A stretch of 64,000 nt of DNA. Source: Patescibacteria group bacterium. GTDB taxonomy: Bacteria > Patescibacteriota > JABMPQ01 > JAQVVF01. Within the stretch, counting starts at the first letter, position 1, and every line of letters starts with the position of its first letter. Made by a program: the position numbers and the translations under genes. Where the stretch lies: positions 2,143-66,142 of the forward strand of contig JAQVVF010000004.1 in NCBI GenBank assembly GCA_028699085.1, in the 5' to 3' direction. Shown here piece by piece: positions 59,655 to 64,000 of the stretch. The notes below the pieces were generated by a model. The model made no database searches. It was not told the DNA's origin and was given only the letters and a program-made list of their open reading frames with translations.

Positions 59655-60209
59655 ATGTCACTTTTAAATATTCTTTTCATTGCCATAGCTTTGTCATTTG
59701 ATGCTATGGCAGTTGCAGCTGCTAATGGAGCGCATCATCATCAAATGGGAGCAAAAAAAGCTTTAAAAATTGCTTTCTATTTTGGCTTCTTTCAATTCTT
59801 AATGCCCTTAATTGGTTATATTCTTGGTTTTGGCTTAATTCAATTTATCTCTGGCGTTGATCACTGGATTGCATTTTTTCTTCTAGTTATTTTAGGAATA
59901 AAAATGTTGGTAGAATCATTCAAGAAAGAAGAGGAGAAAAAAATTGACATTCATAGTTTTAAGATTTTATTAACTCAATCAATTGCCACTAGCATTGACG
60001 CTCTAATTATCGGCGTTACTTTAGCTTTATTGCCAGTAAATATTTGGCTATCAGTTTCAATCATCGGCCTAACGACATTTATATTATCTCTAATTTCAAT
60101 TTATATTGGTAAAAAATGCGGTGAAAAATGGGGCAAAAAAGCTGAAATTATCGGCGGACTTGTTTTAATAAGTATTGGCTTAAAAATTTTGTTAGAACAT
60201 ATTTTATAA
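59655..60209 (+). CDS. mntP: Manganese efflux pump MntP family
   Basis: MSLLNILFIAIALSFDAMAVAAANG N-terminus and 6-TM repeat architecture of the MntP/DUF204 family. Confidence 0.7.
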   Translation: MSLLNILFIAIALSFDAMAVAAANGAHHHQMGAKKALKIAFYFGFFQFLMPLIGYILGFGLIQFISGVDHWIAFFLLVILGIKMLVESFKKEEEKKIDIHSFKILLTQSIATSIDALIIGVTLALLPVNIWLSVSIIGLTTFILSLISIYIGKKCGEKWGKKAEIIGGLVLISIGLKILLEHIL

Positions 60210-60225
60210 TAATAAAAGCAAATTT

Positions 60226-61038
60226 ATGGAAAATATCATTGAAGTGAAAAACTTAACAAAAAAATTCAATAAATTTATTGCAGTTGATAATATCAGCTTT
60301 GAAATTAAAAAAGGTGAAATTTTTGGTTTTTTAGGTCCAAATGGCGCTGGCAAATCAACAACCATCAGGATTTTAACTACTCTTTTACAACCTTCAGCAG
60401 GTGAAATTAATATTTCTGGATTTGATTTAAAAAAAGATCCAGATGATATCAGAAAGCAAATTGGCCTTGTTGCTGAAAAAATTATCCTTTATGATCGTCT
60501 TACTGCTCGCGAAAATTTAAAATTTTTTGGCCAACTTTTTCATCTTTCGAAACAAGAAATTGAAGAGCGAACTAAAAAATGGGTTGATCGATTAGATATG
60601 GCAAAATGGCTAGATGCGCAGGTTGGTACTTATTCAACAGGCATGAAGCAAAGAATTAATATTGTTCGTGCTTTATTAACTGAACCCAACATTCTTTTCC
60701 TTGACGAACCAACTTTAGGTCTAGATCCCCAAACATCAAATTTAATCAGAGAATTTATACAAGAATTAAATAAAAAAGGAATTACAATTTTATTAACAAC
60801 ACACGACATGCTAGAAGCTGATATTTTATCAAATAGGATAGCAATTATTGACCACGGAAAAATTGTTGCTTTAGATAATTCAGAAAATTTAAAAAAGTTA
60901 GTAACAGATAAAGAGAATCCAACTCTTCAAGATGTCTTTTTGAAAGTAACAGGAACACAAATCAGAGATAATGCAGATGGCAAAGTCGCTCCATCTGACA
61001 TGCATCGTTTTGGAGACAATAAAAACAGAGTCCGCTAG
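60226..61038 (+). CDS. ABC transporter ATP-binding protein (ABC-2 type)
   Basis: Walker A GPNGAGKSTT. Signature YSTGMKQRINIVRAL. Walker B LFLDEPT. Confidence 0.9.
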   Translation: MENIIEVKNLTKKFNKFIAVDNISFEIKKGEIFGFLGPNGAGKSTTIRILTTLLQPSAGEINISGFDLKKDPDDIRKQIGLVAEKIILYDRLTARENLKFFGQLFHLSKQEIEERTKKWVDRLDMAKWLDAQVGTYSTGMKQRINIVRALLTEPNILFLDEPTLGLDPQTSNLIREFIQELNKKGITILLTTHDMLEADILSNRIAIIDHGKIVALDNSENLKKLVTDKENPTLQDVFLKVTGTQIRDNADGKVAPSDMHRFGDNKNRVR

Positions 61039-61060
61039 TTTTACTTTTTAATTTTTTAAC

Positions 61061-62260
61061 ATGCAAACAATCAAAGATATATTACACATCGCAAAAAAAG
61101 ATTTGATCGAATTTTCCAGAGACAGGCTGCGTCTTGCTACATTCATTATTATGCCAATTTTTATGATGATTTTGACTGGTTTTATTTTTCCTAATCAAAA
61201 TACATTAAAAAATATTCCAATTGGCATCGCCAATTTAGATAATCAGCAATATAGCAATCAGCTTGTCACAATGATCACCGATTTAAAACAAGATGATCAG
61301 TTAGCATTTAAAACATCAACTTTTGATAGTATTGATGCAATAAAAAATGGCATAAAAAAACAAACAATTAGCGGCGGAATATTTATTCCTAAAGATTTTA
61401 CTTCTCAAATTAATGATAACAAACAACCAGAAGTAACAATTGTTGAAGACCAATCAAATCCACAAATTGGAGCTGTTGTTGATCAAATATTATCAAATAT
61501 GACTGCAGGACTTAGCCAACAAATCGGTATTCAAAAAACCGCCAAAATTATTATTGTTACAACTGCTCCTCAAGATCAAAAAAAGATTATGACTCAAGCT
61601 ACAGCAATCATGCAACCAATCAAATCAACAATTCAGGGTATTATTCCAGGCAATCCAAATTATTTTGAATTTGTTGCTCCAGGTATAATAGCTATGATTG
61701 TTATGACTGCTGTTTTAACAGGTCTTGCCGCTGCAATTTCTAAAGAAAAAGAAGATGGAACACTAGACGGCATTTTAATTTCGCCAATCAACAGATTAGC
61801 AATTATTTTAGGCAAAGCAACTGCTCAGTCTATCAGAGGCTTAATTCAAGGCGCAATTGTTTTACTACTCGCTGTCACTTTATTTGGAGTTTCTATACAT
61901 GGGAATATATTATTAATCACTTTTATTTTATTGCTTGGCATTTTTTCTTTTGTTGGCTTGGGAATTTTAGTATCAGCCATGGCTTCAGAACAAGAAACAG
62001 CAACGCAATTATTATTTATGTTCCAATTTCCAATGCTATTTTTGTCAGGCGTCTTTTTTCCAATTCTAATGATGCCAGAAATCATGCAGAAAATCGCCAA
62101 TATTATTCCTCTCACCTATGCTGTTAATGCATTAAGAAAAGTCATGGTCTTGGGAGCAAATTTTAATGAAGTCAGCAGTGAATTATCAATCCTATTTATT
62201 TTTGGTGCTGTGACTTTGACAATCGCTGTTCCAGTTTTCAAAAAAGTTATTACAAAATAA
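61061..62260 (+). CDS. ABC-2 family transporter permease
   Basis: N-terminal TM, large loop and C-terminal 5-TM bundle. Immediately follows the ATPase. Confidence 0.7.
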   Translation: MQTIKDILHIAKKDLIEFSRDRLRLATFIIMPIFMMILTGFIFPNQNTLKNIPIGIANLDNQQYSNQLVTMITDLKQDDQLAFKTSTFDSIDAIKNGIKKQTISGGIFIPKDFTSQINDNKQPEVTIVEDQSNPQIGAVVDQILSNMTAGLSQQIGIQKTAKIIIVTTAPQDQKKIMTQATAIMQPIKSTIQGIIPGNPNYFEFVAPGIIAMIVMTAVLTGLAAAISKEKEDGTLDGILISPINRLAIILGKATAQSIRGLIQGAIVLLLAVTLFGVSIHGNILLITFILLLGIFSFVGLGILVSAMASEQETATQLLFMFQFPMLFLSGVFFPILMMPEIMQKIANIIPLTYAVNALRKVMVLGANFNEVSSELSILFIFGAVTLTIAVPVFKKVITK

Positions 62261-62286
62261 TATTTAAAAAAATAACAAGTAAACCA

Positions 62287-62793
62287 ATGAGTGCAATGGA
62301 AAACGCTGGGCATATATTAATAAATATAATTTGGATACAAGGTGTTCTAGTAGATTTGATCATTTTTAAAGAACATCCAGAAATCATCAAATCATTTACA
62401 GCAACAAACAAATCGCAAAACCTTGGAAAATATAGACAAGAACACTGGAAAAAAAATTTTTCTGAAATAATAGAACGTCTAAAAAAATGCTTCCCTAAAA
62501 CACATCCAAGCTGGTTCGAAAGACTTAAATATTTTGCTGATATACGAAATGCAATTGCGCACGGACGAATTTTTGTTAATAAAGACTACATACTATACGA
62601 ACCAGATTCCGAACAAAAAACAAAAAAATTTGAAAAACATATTAAAAGAAAAAAACCAAAATCACAGACTATCCAAATCAAATTTGACGATAAAAATTTC
62701 AAAAAAGCATTAGATGGAATAATTGAATTTGACCAGAAATTTTTTCCAAGTATCTGCAAAAAAACAGGCATTAATTATAATCAAATAAAATAA
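62287..62793 (+). CDS. Small orphan protein with HEPN-like R-x4-H motif
   Basis: YFADIRNAIAHGRIF contains RNAIAH, an R(N)xxxH motif as in HEPN-domain families. No partner gene recognised. Weak call. Confidence 0.3.
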   Translation: MSAMENAGHILINIIWIQGVLVDLIIFKEHPEIIKSFTATNKSQNLGKYRQEHWKKNFSEIIERLKKCFPKTHPSWFERLKYFADIRNAIAHGRIFVNKDYILYEPDSEQKTKKFEKHIKRKKPKSQTIQIKFDDKNFKKALDGIIEFDQKFFPSICKKTGINYNQIK

Positions 62794-62846
62794 TTGGTAT
62801 TTAAAAAACAGCCTTTTCTAGGCTGTTTTGATAATAAATTTTAATT

Positions 62847-64000
62847 TTATTTTAATCCAATTGCAAAATAGTATTTCTTTTCTGGAAACTTGGTAAAATA
62901 TTTAACTGTGAAAGTGTTTTCTTTTCTATTTTGTACAATTTTTGACTCTACCCATCCATTCTTGACTAACTGCCATTTTGATTTATCAGTACGAAATTTT
63001 AATCTAAGATTTCTTTCTGATACTAAAGGATTTGCTTTTTTTAATCTTCTAACCTGTTTTTGGCTATATTTAAAAGTAGCTTTTATTTTATATGGCTTTC
63101 TTGCTTTATATAGGTTAGAAGTTAAAATCCATTCTTTGCGTAAAGCTTTTTGACTAACGTTTTGCCAATTTGAAGGATATCTGAGATATTTATTCCAATT
63201 TAATGTATACCATTTTTTTGTTAACCATTCCATTGGAATGCTCACAAAACTTATATCAGAATTTATTATGTGTTCGCTTGGTTGCTGTGGCAGAACAGGT
63301 TGGTCAGGTGATTGAGGTTGTGGCAAAATCGTATATGTTTCTGTTTTAGTAGTTTCAATATTTCCTAATATATCTACAGAAAAAAACTTTAAAGTAGTGT
63401 CACTAATGATATTAATAGGACTTATATATCGGCTTGAAAACACCGTTGGAGTAGAACCATCGGTAGTGTAATATGTACCAGATACTTGTGAATCATCATC
63501 AACGGAATTCAACACAACATCTTGTGAAGAGTAATATATTCCACCTGCTGGATTAACATTCGTAACTGGTGGTTTTGAATCAATAAACAATTTAGAAATT
63601 CCAACAGTATGACCTACGTATAGTTCATCAGCATAAACCTCTAAATCATTTACCGCTTGTTCCAAATTATTACCAACTTTTAACCAACTATTTCCATTCC
63701 ACTTTGTAATATAATTATTATTAATAATACCACCTGCATATCCTGTAAAATCTCCTCCAACATATAACTCATTATTATAAACAGCTAATGTCCGGCCTTT
63801 AACAATTGCAGAACCTAAACTTACCCATTCGCTCCCATTCCACTTTAATGTTCCATAATAATCATTTCTTATAGATACAATTATCTCACCATTATATATT
63901 TCGATATCATTAAGGTAAGTAATCATTGAATCATTAGGAACATCTGAAATAACTTCTGAACCAAGAGAACTCCATTGCATTCCATCCCATACATCAATAT
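62847..64000 (-). CDS. Surface protein with beta-propeller-like repeats and CHB_HEX_C-like domain, partial (N-terminus beyond window edge)
   Basis: GTYYTTDGSTPTVFSSRYISPI is the chitobiase/hexosaminidase C-terminal-like Fn3 motif. Upstream is a repeat-rich WNGSEW..LG.. propeller-like region. The reading frame runs to the window end. Confidence 0.5.
   Translation of the reverse strand, partial: IDVWDGMQWSSLGSEVISDVPNDSMITYLNDIEIYNGEIIVSIRNDYYGTLKWNGSEWVSLGSAIVKGRTLAVYNNELYVGGDFTGYAGGIINNNYITKWNGNSWLKVGNNLEQAVNDLEVYADELYVGHTVGISKLFIDSKPPVTNVNPAGGIYYSSQDVVLNSVDDDSQVSGTYYTTDGSTPTVFSSRYISPINIISDTTLKFFSVDILGNIETTKTETYTILPQPQSPDQPVLPQQPSEHIINSDISFVSIPMEWLTKKWYTLNWNKYLRYPSNWQNVSQKALRKEWILTSNLYKARKPYKIKATFKYSQKQVRRLKKANPLVSERNLRLKFRTDKSKWQLVKNGWVESKIVQNRKENTFTVKYFTKFPEKKYYFAIGLK

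Noticed and set aside
61036-61060. TTTTACTTTTT motif upstream of the plus-strand ABC-2 permease gene
   Set aside because: It is the same T-rich string as the minus-strand heptad elements. Here, however, it is in the opposite orientation relative to the downstream gene, and no 7-nt periodicity extends beyond two units. It is probably AT-rich low complexity, so it is not counted as a copy of the heptad element.

Overview
This window is a gene-dense, low-GC (roughly 30%) bacterial chromosomal segment. It has about 60 protein-coding genes and no rRNA, tRNA, CRISPR array, transposase or integrase that I could recognise. From gene content, it looks like a reduced-genome, probably anaerobic, Candidate Phyla Radiation (Patescibacteria)-type organism. 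The supporting signs are many cell-envelope glycosyltransferases, class III anaerobic ribonucleotide reductase (nrdDG), an archaemetzincin, a minimal Fe-S system (iscS and iscU only), no obvious respiratory genes, and the standard genetic code. This placement is inference only.

Layout of the window:
1. 152-16256: a surface-glycan and protein-glycosylation neighbourhood. It holds a secreted NHL-repeat propeller protein, a GT4, three GT2s, two GT-C (PMT/ArnT-like) membrane transferases, a Wzy/O-antigen-ligase-like protein, a DUF4012 protein, a HAD hydrolase and dcd.
2. 16275-24437: housekeeping genes (ctpA, acyP, rplI, pyrG, rpmA, iscS/iscU) plus an L,D-transpeptidase.
3. 24516-25694: two paralogous ribbon-helix-helix-like small genes beside an unusually long (~610 bp) repeat-rich noncoding region.
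4. 25695-38918: an M23 peptidase, gltX, a TagA-like GT, thpR, priA, def and fmt (the def-fmt pair and priA), a rhodanese protein, ahcY, a PfkB kinase and a Dpm1-like polyprenol-phosphate-sugar synthase.
5. 38915-42728: a minus-strand operon encoding a BON-domain protein, a membrane protein, a membrane-anchored double-AAA+ Clp/Hsp100 ATPase and an archaemetzincin.
6. 44017-44734: a single secreted Cys-rich gene with strongly atypical GC (about 45-50%) and near-consensus promoter, Shine-Dalgarno and terminator signals.
7. 44735-51081: nrdDG, a cytochrome b5-like protein, a PQQ-type propeller dehydrogenase, TauE and truB.
8. 51094-54621: a 1175-aa orphan protein.
9. 54832-64000: a PEBP protein, a MazG-like protein, glnA, two ABC transporters, mntP, a small HEPN-like orphan and a partial surface protein.

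The candidates I consider most worth follow-up are the membrane-anchored Clp plus archaemetzincin operon, the GC-rich secreted Cys-rich gene, the orphan 1175-aa protein, the ribbon-helix-helix pair with its iteron-like noncoding region, and the recurring 7-nt-periodic GTAAAAA/TTACTNN arrays upstream of minus-strand genes.

All functional calls come from motif-level reading of the supplied translations. No database search was run. My nucleotide indexing may be off by 1-2 in places.
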